Positions 36,461 through 47,374 of a stretch of DNA of 64,000 nt are shown one piece after another (positions within the stretch are counted from its first letter, which is position 1; each line of letters starts with the position of its first letter). The position numbers were made by a program, and so were the translations under genes. The notes under the pieces were generated by a model. It did no database searches. It was given only the letters and a program-made list of their open reading frames with translations, and was not told where the DNA came from. Source of the stretch: an uncultured delta proteobacterium (GTDB lineage Bacteria; Myxococcota; Myxococcia; SLRQ01); assembly GCA_963727485.1 (NCBI GenBank), contig CAVSGM010000002.1, positions 1,312,001 through 1,376,000 of the forward strand, given 5' to 3'.

Positions 36461-37683
36461 GCGTCTCCCCCCGGAGCTCGAGACGGACCGCACCCGTCCC
36501 TCGGGCGCCGGCCGCTCACGAGGGATGTTGGGTCCTCGGTGGGGGGGAAGGCAAGGACGAGGCGGATCCGGGCCCCGCCGCCGTCCCGGTTCTCCGCGGT
36601 CACGGTCCCCCCGTGTCGCTCGACGATGCTGCGCACCAGCGCCAGCCCCAGGCCCACCCCCTTGGAGCGGGTGGTCACCAGGGGCTCGAAGGCGTCCCCC
36701 AGGGCCTCGGGGGCGAAGCCGGGCCCGTCGTCCTCCACCGAGAGGGTCACCGCGGTGGCGTCCAGGCGCCGGGCGTTCACCCACACCCGGCCCCCGGCCT
36801 CGCCGAGGACCGAGCCGGCGTTGGTGAGGAGGTTGACCACCGCCTGGCGCAGGAGCCCGGCGTCCCCGAGGAGGGCGGCGTCGACGTCGACCTCGACGGT
36901 GACCTCGGGCGGGAGGGCCGCGCCCTCAATCGCCTCGGCGACCACCCGGGCGAGGTCCACCGGCTCGCGCACCGCCTCCTTCTCCCGGGCGAGCTGGAGG
37001 AGGTCGGTGATGATCTGGTTGCTCACCCGCACCTGGGCGGAGATCTTCTCGAGGTGGCGGCCCGCCCGGTCGTCGTCGCCGATGCGCTTGCGCAGGAGGT
37101 AGAGCGAGCTCTCGATGACCCCCAGGGGGTTGCGCAGGTCGTGGCCGATCCCCGCGGCGACCTGGCCGATGGTGGCGAGGCGCTCCCGGCGCCGGAGCCG
37201 GGCGTTGCTGTCCTCCCGGTAGGTCTCCAGCATGATCGCCAGCTCCATGTCGAAGAGCTTGTCCACCGCGGCGCTGGCCCGCTGCCGGGCGGCGGCGTCG
37301 CCGGCGTAGGCGTCCTCGACGACCTCCCGGAAGTCGAGGCGCATCACGTCCATGGCGGTGAACATGTAGTGCTGGGGCAGCGCGATCTGGACGTGGACCC
37401 GGCCGATGCGGGCCCGGCGCTCGAAGAACGCCTGGTCGTGGGGCCCCTCGAGGCCCGAGTCCATCCACGCCACCAGGGTCCGCTTCAGGCGGTGGGCCTG
37501 GGCCTGGCCCCCGCGGATGGCCTCGTGGGCCTTCGGGTGGGCGAAGATCCGGGCGTAGAAGTGCTCGGCAATCCGCTCGAAGTGCGGCGCCGCCCGGGGC
37601 TTCAGGGCCCGGAGGGCCTCGGTGTCCGCCTCGGTGAACCCGATGTAGGCCTGGATGTCGTCGAGGAGCGTGGCGTCGGGCAT
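36451..37683 (-). CDS. Globin-coupled (protoglobin-domain) O2-sensor histidine kinase, AfGcHK-like
   Basis: YIGFT..D...L..L...FY (B10 Tyr)...IGRVHV (proximal His); GHDLRNPL H-box; HATPase boxes. Confidence 0.9.
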   Translation of the reverse strand: MPDATLLDDIQAYIGFTEADTEALRALKPRAAPHFERIAEHFYARIFAHPKAHEAIRGGQAQAHRLKRTLVAWMDSGLEGPHDQAFFERRARIGRVHVQIALPQHYMFTAMDVMRLDFREVVEDAYAGDAAARQRASAAVDKLFDMELAIMLETYREDSNARLRRRERLATIGQVAAGIGHDLRNPLGVIESSLYLLRKRIGDDDRAGRHLEKISAQVRVSNQIITDLLQLAREKEAVREPVDLARVVAEAIEGAALPPEVTVEVDVDAALLGDAGLLRQAVVNLLTNAGSVLGEAGGRVWVNARRLDATAVTLSVEDDGPGFAPEALGDAFEPLVTTRSKGVGLGLALVRSIVERHGGTVTAENRDGGGARIRLVLAFPPTEDPTSLVSGRRPRDGCGPSRAPGGDACA

Positions 37684-37693
37684 CGCGGGTAGG

Positions 37694-38110
37694 TCACTTG
37701 ACCAGCAGCACCGGGCACGGTGCGAGGATGCCCACCTTGTAGCTCAGAGTGCCCCAGCCTGCACCCGGCTGTTCGAGGTCGATGGGGTGCGAGCCGAGGA
37801 CCACCAGGTCGGTCCCCGCCTCGTCCACGTAGCGGACAATCTCCTCGGCGCGGTCGCCATAGCGCAGGACCCCCTCGGCCCGGGCCCCGGCGGCCTCCAC
37901 GCGCCGCTTCGCCCCCTCGAGGTGGGCGCGGGCCCGCGCCTCGAGGCGCGCGTAGAAGTCCGGGTCCTCGTCGGGGCCGACCCCCGGGATCACCTCCACC
38001 ACGTGGATCAGGGTGATCTCCCCACCTGGGGCCACGATCCTCGCGGCGACGTCCACCGCCGAGAGGTGTCTGGGCGAGAGGTCCAAGGGGACCAGGACGC
38101 GCTCGAACAT
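37694..38110 (-). CDS. Universal stress protein (single domain)
   Basis: MFERVLVPLDLS...DLVVLGSH...APCPVLLVK. Confidence 0.9.
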   Translation of the reverse strand: MFERVLVPLDLSPRHLSAVDVAARIVAPGGEITLIHVVEVIPGVGPDEDPDFYARLEARARAHLEGAKRRVEAAGARAEGVLRYGDRAEEIVRYVDEAGTDLVVLGSHPIDLEQPGAGWGTLSYKVGILAPCPVLLVK

Positions 38111-38119
38111 CGCCGCCTC

Positions 38120-39455
38120 CTACTCGGCGGGCCCCTGCACCACCAGGACCGGCCGGTCGGTGTGCCGCATCACGTACTCGGTGACCGAGCCCAGGAGGCT
38201 GCGGGCCACCCCGGACTGGCCCCGGGAGCCGACCACCACCGCGTCGCACTCCAGGCGCTCGGCGGCGGCCACCAGCTCCCGGCCCACGCTGTCACCCTCG
38301 AGGACATGGACCTCGGTGCGGATGCCCAGGGCCTCGGCGGGGGCGGGGACGCGGGCCCGGAGGGCGTCCTCGAGGCGCGCGCGCTCGCCGACGTCGGGGG
38401 CGCCCTCGAGGACGGTGCACAGGTGGACCTCGCCCCCCTCGCCGACCAGGCCGTAGGCCTGGCGCAGGGCCACGTCGGCGCGCCCGGAGAGGTCGGTGGC
38501 GACCAGCACCCGGTGGAGCCTGGGGACCGGGGCGGTCCGGGCCACCTGGGCGGGGTCCACCGGGACGCAGAGGACCGAGCGCCGGGCGTGGTGCAGGGCC
38601 CCGTGGCTCGAGCCCCCGCGCCAGATCCGTCCCAGGACCCCGCGCCGGTGGCTGCCCACCAGGATGAGAATCGGCGTCCAGGTCCTCGGCGAAGCGGTCG
38701 AGGACGTAGCCGAGGTTCCCCAGGGCGGGCCAGACCTTGAGGGTCGTCTCGCCCTCGCCGGGGAGGGCGCCGATGCGGGCGGTGAGGTCGCGCTCGAGGC
38801 GGGCGACCACCTCCTCGTCGGGGACCACGAAGCCCGAGCCCGCGGCGGGGCGCACGTCGACGGCCTCCCCGGGGGGCCAGTAGGCGTGGACGAAGGTCAC
38901 GTCGACCGGGCCGGCGGCGCGCAGGGTCCGCAGCAGCTCGAGGGCGGCCATCGAGGGGGTGGAGCGGTCGAGGCCCATGACCACCCGCAGCGCCCGGTCG
39001 CCCCGGCCCCAGGCGTCGAAGCCGGCGGTCTCGCCCCGGACCGCCAGCACCGGCCGGGCGGAGAGGCGGGCCAGCCGGTCGGTGACCGAGCCCACCACCA
39101 GGCGCTCCACCGCCCCGCGGCCGAGGCTGCCCACCACCACCAGGCGGACGTCCTCGGCCTCGGCGAGCTCGGCGATCTGCCCGGCCGCCGAGCCCTCGAG
39201 GATCCGGGTCTCGACGGTCACCCGGGCGTCCTCCACCGCGGTGGTGGCGTCGGAGAGGGCGTCGGCCACCCCCTCGCGCATCAGCCGGTCGTACTCGAGG
39301 GTGGCCGCGGCGTCGAGGTTGGCGAGGCCGGCGCTCGGCAGCTGGAACACGTGGACGACGAGGAGCGTGTCCCCGAAGCGGGAGGCCATCCGCGCCGCGA
39401 CCCGGGTGGCCTCGGCGGCCGCCTCGGAGAAGTCGGTGGCGCAGAGGATCTTCAT
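38120..39455 (-). CDS. Multi-domain universal stress protein (frameshift ~38670)
   Basis: KILCATDFS..., VGSVTDRL, VLVATDLS, VVGSRG.SG..R.LLGSV. Confidence 0.85.
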
Positions 39456-39457
39456 GG

Positions 39458-39814
39458 CTACAAGGCTCCGGTCTCCCGCAGATTGCGCAGGACCCGCCAC
39501 ACGTAGATGAGCATGCCCAGCCCGGCAATCGGGATCCCGAGGAAGAAGAAGATCACGAAGGTGATGGGCCGGAAGTAGAGGAGGGGCACCAGCTCCAGTG
39601 CCAGGCCCACGAACACCAGGACGATGGCGATCCGGAGGAGCTTGCCGGTGGGCTCGACGCGGGCCTTGCCCTTCTCGGCGGCGCCGGCCTCTTCGGCCTG
39701 GGCCTTGACGGCGCCGGCCTCGGCGGCCTCGGCGGCGCCCACCTCGGGCTTGGCTCCCTTCGCCTGGTCCTCGGCGGCGTCGGGGGTGCCGCCCTTGGGA
39801 GTGGTCTCGCTCAT
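39458..39814 (-). CDS. Small two-TM membrane protein, translationally coupled to the NapC/NirT gene
   Basis: Ala/Glu/Lys-rich N-terminus then two hydrophobic helices; ATGA overlap. Confidence 0.75.
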   Translation of the reverse strand: MSETTPKGGTPDAAEDQAKGAKPEVGAAEAAEAGAVKAQAEEAGAAEKGKARVEPTGKLLRIAIVLVFVGLALELVPLLYFRPITFVIFFFLGIPIAGLGMLIYVWRVLRNLRETGAL

Positions 39815-40479
39815 TGGTCCGCGTCCTTGGGGGTGTAGGGCTTGTTCGGGTTCCACATGGGCAGGTCCTTCAGATCGCCCACCTGGTGGATGAAGTCGTG
39901 GCACCCGGAGGCCACGCACGACTGCTTGCCGGAGATGATGTTCTCGTAGGGGACGTCCTTGGTGTGGTGCGCCGGTTGGCTCTCGAACAGGCGCATCCCC
40001 TTGTGGCAGTGGAGGCAGTTGGCGTTGGGGTAGGGGTTGTAGAGCTTGATGTCCTGGGTCTTCGGGATCTTGCCGAAGAAGTGGATCCAGACATGCCGCA
40101 TCCCGGTGAGCTTCGCCCGCATGGTGCCGAACAGCCCGTAGTTGGTGTGGCAGGTGAAGCAGGCCTCCTGGGGCGGCACCATGTGGTTCTGGAAGTGGGC
40201 CGCGGGGATGGCGCTCGGGTCGTCGATGTACAGGCTCTGGCCGAACGGCTTCATCTCGTGGCACGAGAGGCAGAAGGTCCGCTGGGAGGCCTCGTGGTAG
40301 TAGTGGTTCCCACCTACCCACATGGCGGCCACCGGGAGGATCACGATCCCCATGAGGAGGACGAACTTCCCGGTGCGCTGGAGGGCGAGGTTGGGCGCCT
40401 GGAGGACGACGTAGAGGCCGACCTCGGCGGCGAGGAAGAGCAGGACCGCCGTCGCCAGGGTGCTTGAGTCGGTGAGCAT
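39811..40479 (-). CDS. NapC/NirT/NrfH-family membrane tetraheme cytochrome c (quinol dehydrogenase)
   Basis: TM helices; FCLSCHEM; CFTCH; AK..G..H; NCLHCH; fourth motif CVASGCH (CX4CH). Confidence 0.88.
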   Translation of the reverse strand: MLTDSSTLATAVLLFLAAEVGLYVVLQAPNLALQRTGKFVLLMGIVILPVAAMWVGGNHYYHEASQRTFCLSCHEMKPFGQSLYIDDPSAIPAAHFQNHMVPPQEACFTCHTNYGLFGTMRAKLTGMRHVWIHFFGKIPKTQDIKLYNPYPNANCLHCHKGMRLFESQPAHHTKDVPYENIISGKQSCVASGCHDFIHQVGDLKDLPMWNPNKPYTPKDADQ

Positions 40480-40508
40480 GTCTGGGCCCTCGGTTGGCCG
40501 TGCTTGGG

Positions 40509-40880
40509 CTAGTGGGCGGTACCGGCGCTCTTGTCCTTGAGGCTGCCGAGCCACTCGGTGAGGTTCTTCAGGTCCTTCTCGGCGCCGATGAAGAACTTCT
40601 TGTGCTTCTTGCCGTCGAGCTCGACCTTCTTCTTGAGGTAGTTGTGGATCCAGGCGGCGTCGTGCTTCACCCCGACGTCCGAGAGATCCGGCGCCTGGGG
40701 CTGACCTGCGGGGGTCTTGCCCACCTGGGCGATCTTCTTAGCCTTGATGCTGTGGCAGAAGTTGCAGCGCTTGGCCGTGAAGACCTTCTTTCCTGCGGGC
40801 TCGTCGGCGTGGGCCACGGCGGGGGCCGTGAGGGCGAAGGCGGCGAGGAGCAGGGCCAAGATCGGGATGCGGCGCTTCAT
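40509..40880 (-). CDS. Periplasmic monoheme cytochrome c, Lys-rich
   Basis: Signal peptide AHA; GKKVF...CNFCH; APDLS.VG; no Met after the heme motif. Confidence 0.85.
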   Translation of the reverse strand: MKRRIPILALLLAAFALTAPAVAHADEPAGKKVFTAKRCNFCHSIKAKKIAQVGKTPAGQPQAPDLSDVGVKHDAAWIHNYLKKKVELDGKKHKKFFIGAEKDLKNLTEWLGSLKDKSAGTAH

Positions 40881-41045
40881 GGGGGGTCTCCTGTGGGAGC
40901 GGGTCCGCGAGCCGGACGGCCCGAGGGAAAGCAAGGGCCGCGCCGGACGCGGCTTCCCCCGGGGCCGATCGCCGGAAGCCCGCCCGCCACCGGGGTTTTG
41001 CCCACTGGGCCCCCTCGGGCCGCCTCCGGTGGGGGCAGGACGCCT

Positions 41046-41099
41046 CGCATTTTCTGCGCACACCTTGCGCCAGACAGGGAAAAATGCGCACCTCCTGCA
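41046..41099. promoter_or_regulatory. Cluster of CGCA-N5-TGC(G/A) sites between the cytochrome c operon and the sigma54 activator
   Basis: CGCATTTTCTGCG 41046-41058; CGCACACCTTGCG 41057-41069; CGCACCTCCTGCA 41087-41099. Confidence 0.65.
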
Positions 41100-41230
41100 C
41101 GCCATGCAGGCGGGCCGATGAACGGAACTTCAATGATTCTGGGTTCGTACGCAGGATTTCGGCCTCGGCACGGTGTTTGTAGCAATTTTTGCGTCAAACC
41201 AGCCCGAGCCCTGCCCGGAGTGACCCGACC

Positions 41231-42682
<1,452 letters not shown>

Positions 42683-42781
42683 CGCAGGATGTGCGCGCAC
42701 CCGGCGTTCTTGCGCGCACATTGCGTTTCCTGCGCATAAACCGACCTGATTTCAACGGTTTTTGGTGGCACGCCGGTTGCT
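42683..42781 (+). promoter_or_regulatory. UAS sites, AT-rich IHF-like segment and consensus sigma54 promoter of the sORF-usp-hemN operon
   Basis: CGCAGGATGTGCG 42683-42695 plus related sites 42713-42734; TTTCAACGGTTTT; TGGCACGCCGGTTGCT 42766-42781. Confidence 0.85.
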
Positions 42782-42839
42782 CTACCGCTTCCCCGGCGGC
42801 ACCCCCCCCTGCCGCCGACCGCATCCCAAGGAGCCTCCC

Positions 42840-42923
42840 ATGAACCGTCCCTTCGAGGTCATCTCCCTCCTGCTCCTGGTCGCCGCCGCCGTGGCCATCT
42901 GCCTGCCCATCCTCTCGCTCTAG
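42840..42923 (+). CDS. Small single-TM peptide, 27 aa (MNRPFEVISLLLLVAAAVAICLPILSL)
   Basis: AAGGAG RBS, GC3-rich codons, first ORF after the sigma54 promoter. Confidence 0.65.
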   Translation: MNRPFEVISLLLLVAAAVAICLPILSL

Positions 42924-42955
42924 CCCGTCCCGGCCAGCCCGCCCCGGAGCCCCCC

Positions 42956-43444
42956 ATGGCAGAGGTCACCTTCCGCTCGATCCTGGTCCCCCTGGACTTC
43001 TCGGCGTCGAGCGAGCACGCCGTGCGCGTGGGCGCGAGCCTCGCCGGGCGCTACGCCGCCAAGCTGACCCTGCTCCACGTGGTCCACCTGCCGATGCCGG
43101 TGCCCACCTTCGACGGCACCGACGTCATCGTCGACTACGAGGTCCTCACCAAGCACTCCGAGGAGGCGGCCCGCACCGAGCTCGGCCGGCTCCTCGAGGT
43201 CACGGGCCTCACCGGGAAGGTCGACGTCCGCATCGAGATCGGCGACCCGGTCACCACCATCCTCGACGTCATCGAGGACCGGCAGGTGGACCTGGTGGTG
43301 ATGGGCACCCATGGACGCACCGGGCTCTCCCGGCTCATCATGGGCAGCGTCACCGACCGCATCCTCCGCACCGCCCCCTGCCCGGTCCTGGCCGTCCGTG
43401 AGGAGGCGGGCGCCGAGGCCCCCACCGAGAAGACCACGCCATGA
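42956..43444 (+). CDS. Universal stress protein
   Basis: ILVPLDFS...DLVVMGTHGRTGLSRLIMGSVTDRILRTAPCPVL (ATP-binding type motif). Confidence 0.93.
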   Translation: MAEVTFRSILVPLDFSASSEHAVRVGASLAGRYAAKLTLLHVVHLPMPVPTFDGTDVIVDYEVLTKHSEEAARTELGRLLEVTGLTGKVDVRIEIGDPVTTILDVIEDRQVDLVVMGTHGRTGLSRLIMGSVTDRILRTAPCPVLAVREEAGAEAPTEKTTP

Positions 43445-44811
43445 GCCTCGACCTCACCCCCGAGCTGATCACCCGGATGGACCGCCCCGGCCCCCGGTAC
43501 ACCAGCTACCCCACCGCCCCGGTGTTCTCGCCGACCTTCGGCGAGGTGGCCTACGCCGACGCCCTCAAGGCCGCCGGCCAGAGCGACGCGCCCCTCAAGC
43601 TCTACGTCCACCTGCCCTTCTGCGAGCGCCTGTGCACCTACTGCGCCTGCAACGTGGTGGTGCGAAAGCACATCGGGCTCGCCGCCGACCCCTACGTCGC
43701 CCGGGTGATGCAGGAGGCCGACCTGGTGCTGGCCCACCTCGGGCACGGCAAGCCGGTGGCGCGCCTCCACCTCGGCGGCGGCACCCCCAACTACCTGATG
43801 CGGCCCCAGATGATGCAGCTGCTCGCCGGGCTGCGCGAGCGCTTCGCCTTCACCGACGACGCCGAGCTCTCGTTGGAGGTCGACCCCCGCCACGTCGAGG
43901 ACGGGCAGCTCGCGTGGCTGCGGAGCCTGGGGTTCAACCGGGTCTCCTTCGGGATCCAGGACTTCGACCAGGACGTGCAGCAGGCCATCGGCCGGCGCCA
44001 GACCCTCGAGGAGACCCTCCGGGCCATCTCCGACGCACGGGCCGCGGGCTTTAAGAGCGTGAACGTCGACCTGGTCTACGGCCTCCCGGGCCAGGACCGC
44101 GAGCGCTTCGGCCGCACCCTCGACCGGGTGCTGGAGATCCGCCCGGACCGCCTGGCGATCTTCTCCTTCGCCTACGTCCCCGAGGTGAAGCCGCACCAGA
44201 AGAAGCTCCCCGCCGACCGGATGCCCGGGCCGCTGGACAAGGCCGCGTTCCTGGTCGACGCCATGACCCGGCTGGTGGACGCGGGCTACGTGCAGGTGGG
44301 CATGGACCACTTCGCGCTCCCCGACGACGCCCTCGCCCGCTCCTACCGGGACGGGTCGCTCCAGCGCAGCTTCCAGGGCTACGAGCCGGGGCCGGCGATG
44401 GACACCCTGGGCCTGGGGCTCACCTCCATCGGCGACATCGGCGGCGCCTACGTCCAGAACCACCACCGGCTGCGCGAGTACGAGGCCGCCGTCGACGCCG
44501 GGATCCTCCCGGTGGAGCGCGGCTGGACCCGCACCGTCGAGGACGAGATCCGGCGCACCGCCATCTGGGACCTGATGTGCCGGTTCCGCCTCGACTACCG
44601 GGGCTTCGCCGACCGCTTCGAGGTGGACCACGACGCCTACTTCGGCGAGGCCCACGCCGCCCTCGAGCACCTGGCCGACGAGGGGCTGGTGGAGCTGAAG
44701 GACGCCGGGGTCGAGGTCACCGAGCTCGGGCGGGTGTTCGTGCGCAACGTGGCGATGATCTACGACGCGTACCTGCCCGGGCAGCGGGCGAAGTTCTCCC
44801 GGACGGTCTGA
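43441..44811 (+). CDS. hemN: Oxygen-independent coproporphyrinogen III oxidase
   Basis: GPRYTSYPTA; YVHLPFC...CTYCAC radical SAM motif; GGGTP; GMDHF. Confidence 0.95.
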   Translation: MSLDLTPELITRMDRPGPRYTSYPTAPVFSPTFGEVAYADALKAAGQSDAPLKLYVHLPFCERLCTYCACNVVVRKHIGLAADPYVARVMQEADLVLAHLGHGKPVARLHLGGGTPNYLMRPQMMQLLAGLRERFAFTDDAELSLEVDPRHVEDGQLAWLRSLGFNRVSFGIQDFDQDVQQAIGRRQTLEETLRAISDARAAGFKSVNVDLVYGLPGQDRERFGRTLDRVLEIRPDRLAIFSFAYVPEVKPHQKKLPADRMPGPLDKAAFLVDAMTRLVDAGYVQVGMDHFALPDDALARSYRDGSLQRSFQGYEPGPAMDTLGLGLTSIGDIGGAYVQNHHRLREYEAAVDAGILPVERGWTRTVEDEIRRTAIWDLMCRFRLDYRGFADRFEVDHDAYFGEAHAALEHLADEGLVELKDAGVEVTELGRVFVRNVAMIYDAYLPGQRAKFSRTV

Positions 44812-45045
44812 GCCGATGCGCCGGCGCCGCCGGTCCGGGCAGGTCCCGGGCTGCGGGGGCGTCACCGGGGCGACGACCCGTCACCTGCCGGTGGGGGCTC
44901 CGAGGCCGGGTTCGGCGTGCACGTTTGATCCGGCGCCGGAGGCCCTCTTCCGGCTGGGATCCGTCCCACTCGGCGCCTGAACGCTTCAGACGAGCACCCG
45001 CCGCGCGTCGGCGTCCCCCGCGCGTTTGCTGCGCCCGCGCAATCG

Positions 45046-45927
45046 TCAGCCCTGGTCCTGCCCCCGCGCCGCCACGAAGATCGCGCTCATGTCCGCGTCG
45101 GTCTCGCCGGCGGCCTCGGCCCGCTCGAAGAGCCTCGCCACCGCGGCGGTGGTCTCTGCCTTCAGGCCCGCGCCCCCGGCGGCCTCGAGGACCAGGCGCG
45201 CGTCCTTGAGGGCGAGGCGCAGGGGGAAGCTGGTCTCGAAGTTCCGGGAGATCATCATCTTGCCCTTGAGCTGGGCGTAGGGGGCGTTGAGGGCTCCGCC
45301 GTCGATGGCGTCGAGGAAGGCCGCCGGGTCGACGCCGGTGGCCTCGGCAAACGCCAGGGTGTCGGCCAGGACCCCGAGGAGGCCCACCAGCCACCCGTTG
45401 ATCACCAGCTTGAGGCGGCTCCCCTCGCCGGCGGCGCCGAGCCACCGCACCCGCTTGCCCACCACCTCGAAGATCGGCGCGCAGGTGGCCCGGGCCGCCT
45501 CGGGGCCCGAGGCGAGGACCAAGAGCTCCCCGCGCTCGGCGGGGGCCTTGGTGCCCAGGACCGGGGCGTCGACGAAGACGACCCGGGCGTCCTCGGCGGC
45601 GGCGGCGAAGCGCCCGGTCCAGGGGACGCCCACGGTGCCCATCTGGACCCAGGTGGTGCCCGGGGCCATGGCCTTCAGGGCCCCCGAGGCGAGGATGGCC
45701 TCCTCGGTGGCCGGGCCGTCGGAGAGGACGGAGAGGACCACCCGGGCGCCGGCCACCGCCTCGGCGGGGGTCTCGCACACGGTGGCGCCGTGGGCCTCGA
45801 GGGGCGCGGCCTTGGCGCGGGTGCGGTTCCACACCCGGAGGGGGAAGCCGGCGTCGGCGAGGCGGGCGGCCATGGCGCCCCCCATGATGCCGAGGCCGAG
45901 GACGGCGAGCTGGGGCTTTTCGGACAT
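45046..45927 (-). CDS. NAD(P)-dependent beta-hydroxyacid dehydrogenase (3-hydroxyisobutyrate dehydrogenase family)
   Basis: GLGIMG, WNRT, DAPVLG, KL.IN, F.L.LA.KD. Confidence 0.9.
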   Translation of the reverse strand: MSEKPQLAVLGLGIMGGAMAARLADAGFPLRVWNRTRAKAAPLEAHGATVCETPAEAVAGARVVLSVLSDGPATEEAILASGALKAMAPGTTWVQMGTVGVPWTGRFAAAAEDARVVFVDAPVLGTKAPAERGELLVLASGPEAARATCAPIFEVVGKRVRWLGAAGEGSRLKLVINGWLVGLLGVLADTLAFAEATGVDPAAFLDAIDGGALNAPYAQLKGKMMISRNFETSFPLRLALKDARLVLEAAGGAGLKAETTAAVARLFERAEAAGETDADMSAIFVAARGQDQG

Positions 45928-46020
45928 GGGGGGACGTTAGGACGGACCGGGTCGGTCCGCCACACGGGGGCCGCGGGCGGGGCGGCGCGGGGGACGCCGG
46001 GGTCGGACGGGGCGGCGAGC

Positions 46021-46431
46021 CTAGGCCGCCGGGTCCTCGGAGGCCTTCTTCCGACCGAAGAGCCGGGAGAGCAGGCCCCGGCCCTCGGCCTTGGCCACGA
46101 GCCAGTCGACCTTCTTCGCCAGGCGGGCTCCGTCCAGGGTCCCCACGTGGACGTCGACGACCTCCCCCCGGTTCACGAACAGGAGGGTGGGGATCGAGCG
46201 CACGTGGAAGGCGTCGCCGAGGGCCGGGTGGGCCTCGGTGTCGATCTTGTAGAAGCCGACGCCGCGGTCCTGGTACTCGGTGGCCACCGCCTCGAAGTGC
46301 GGGGCCATGGCCTTGCAGGGGACGCACCAGGGGGCCCAGAGGTCGATGACCCCGGGACCTGCGTCCGGGGACATGATCGCCTCGACGCTGGCGGGGGAGG
46401 TGAGGTTCCGATAGGGGCTGTGCTTTGCCAT
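46021..46431 (-). CDS. Thioredoxin family protein
   Basis: WAPWCVPCK; VRSIPTL. Confidence 0.88.
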   Translation of the reverse strand: MAKHSPYRNLTSPASVEAIMSPDAGPGVIDLWAPWCVPCKAMAPHFEAVATEYQDRGVGFYKIDTEAHPALGDAFHVRSIPTLLFVNRGEVVDVHVGTLDGARLAKKVDWLVAKAEGRGLLSRLFGRKKASEDPAA

Positions 46432-46453
46432 TTGTCGCACAGCCTAGTCCCGA

Positions 46454-47236
46454 TCAGCGCGGCGGCTCGATGAGGGCAAAGACCGCCCCCTGGGGATCGG
46501 TGAGGACCGCGAAGCGCCCCACCCCCTCCACGCGCTGGGCCGCGACGTTGACGCTGCCCCCCTCGCCCTCGGCGGTGCGCACCGCGGCGTCGAGGTCCTC
46601 CACCCGGAAGTAGGTCAGCCAGCTCGCCGGGACCCCCTCGAGGCCCTCGGGCATGGCCATCATCCCCGCCACCGAGGTGTCGCCGAGCAGCAGCTCCGTG
46701 TACTCGCCCCCCTCGGCCAGGGGCGCGGTCCGCGCCTTCCAGTCGAAGAAGCCGCCGTAGAAGCGCTGCATCGCCGTGACGTCCCGGGTGAGCACCTCGA
46801 ACCAGACCGGGGCCCCCGGGGCCTGGCCCAGATCGGCGAAGCCCGGGTGTCCGGCCGCCTGGAAGAGGCCGAGGGTGGCGCCGTCCGGGTCCTGGAGGAC
46901 GGCGAGGGTCCCCGCCTCGGGCACCTCCAGGGGCCCGGCGAGCACCGTGGCCCCGAGGCCCCGGGCGCGCGCCACCGCCGAGGGGCAGTCGTCGACGGCC
47001 ACGTAGGGCAGCCAGCTCGGGGGCCGTCCGGCGAGCTGCTCGTCGACGTCCTCCTCGTAGACGGCGCCCACGTCGCCCTGGCCCTGGCGCAGGAAGGTGT
47101 AGGTCCCGCCCCCGGGCATCTCGGTGTGGAAGGTCTTCCACCCGAAGAGCCGGCCGTAGAAGCGACCGGCGGCGGCCGGGTCGGTGGTGGCGAGCTCCAG
47201 CCAGCAGAACGTCCCCTGAGGGTGCAGTCGGGCCAT
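46454..47236 (-). CDS. Tandem VOC/glyoxalase family protein
   Basis: FCWLELATTD...FY..LFGW; second repeat WFEV.T.D...FY..FF.W; DPQGA.F. Confidence 0.9.
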   Translation of the reverse strand: MARLHPQGTFCWLELATTDPAAAGRFYGRLFGWKTFHTEMPGGGTYTFLRQGQGDVGAVYEEDVDEQLAGRPPSWLPYVAVDDCPSAVARARGLGATVLAGPLEVPEAGTLAVLQDPDGATLGLFQAAGHPGFADLGQAPGAPVWFEVLTRDVTAMQRFYGGFFDWKARTAPLAEGGEYTELLLGDTSVAGMMAMPEGLEGVPASWLTYFRVEDLDAAVRTAEGEGGSVNVAAQRVEGVGRFAVLTDPQGAVFALIEPPR

Positions 47237-47374
47237 GGGCGGTCCCCCTTTCGGCGCGAAACTAGCCACCCGCCCGGGCCGTGGAAGCGGGGAGACTGAC
47301 CGGGAACGCTTGTCCCCGGGGGCTGGGAGTGCTACCCGGGGGCCCGAAGTCGGACCCTCGCCAAGGAGACATCG

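Noticed and set aside
41058..41180. Sigma54 promoters at 41058-41072(-) and 41166-41180(+)
   Set aside because: The first coincides with the UAS palindromes and lies ~180 bp from the gene; the second has a non-consensus -12 (TTGT). Possible but not supportable.
44812..45045. Possible ncRNA in the gap between convergent hemN and the dehydrogenase
   Set aside because: No convincing hairpin, promoter or repeat beyond what GC richness produces.
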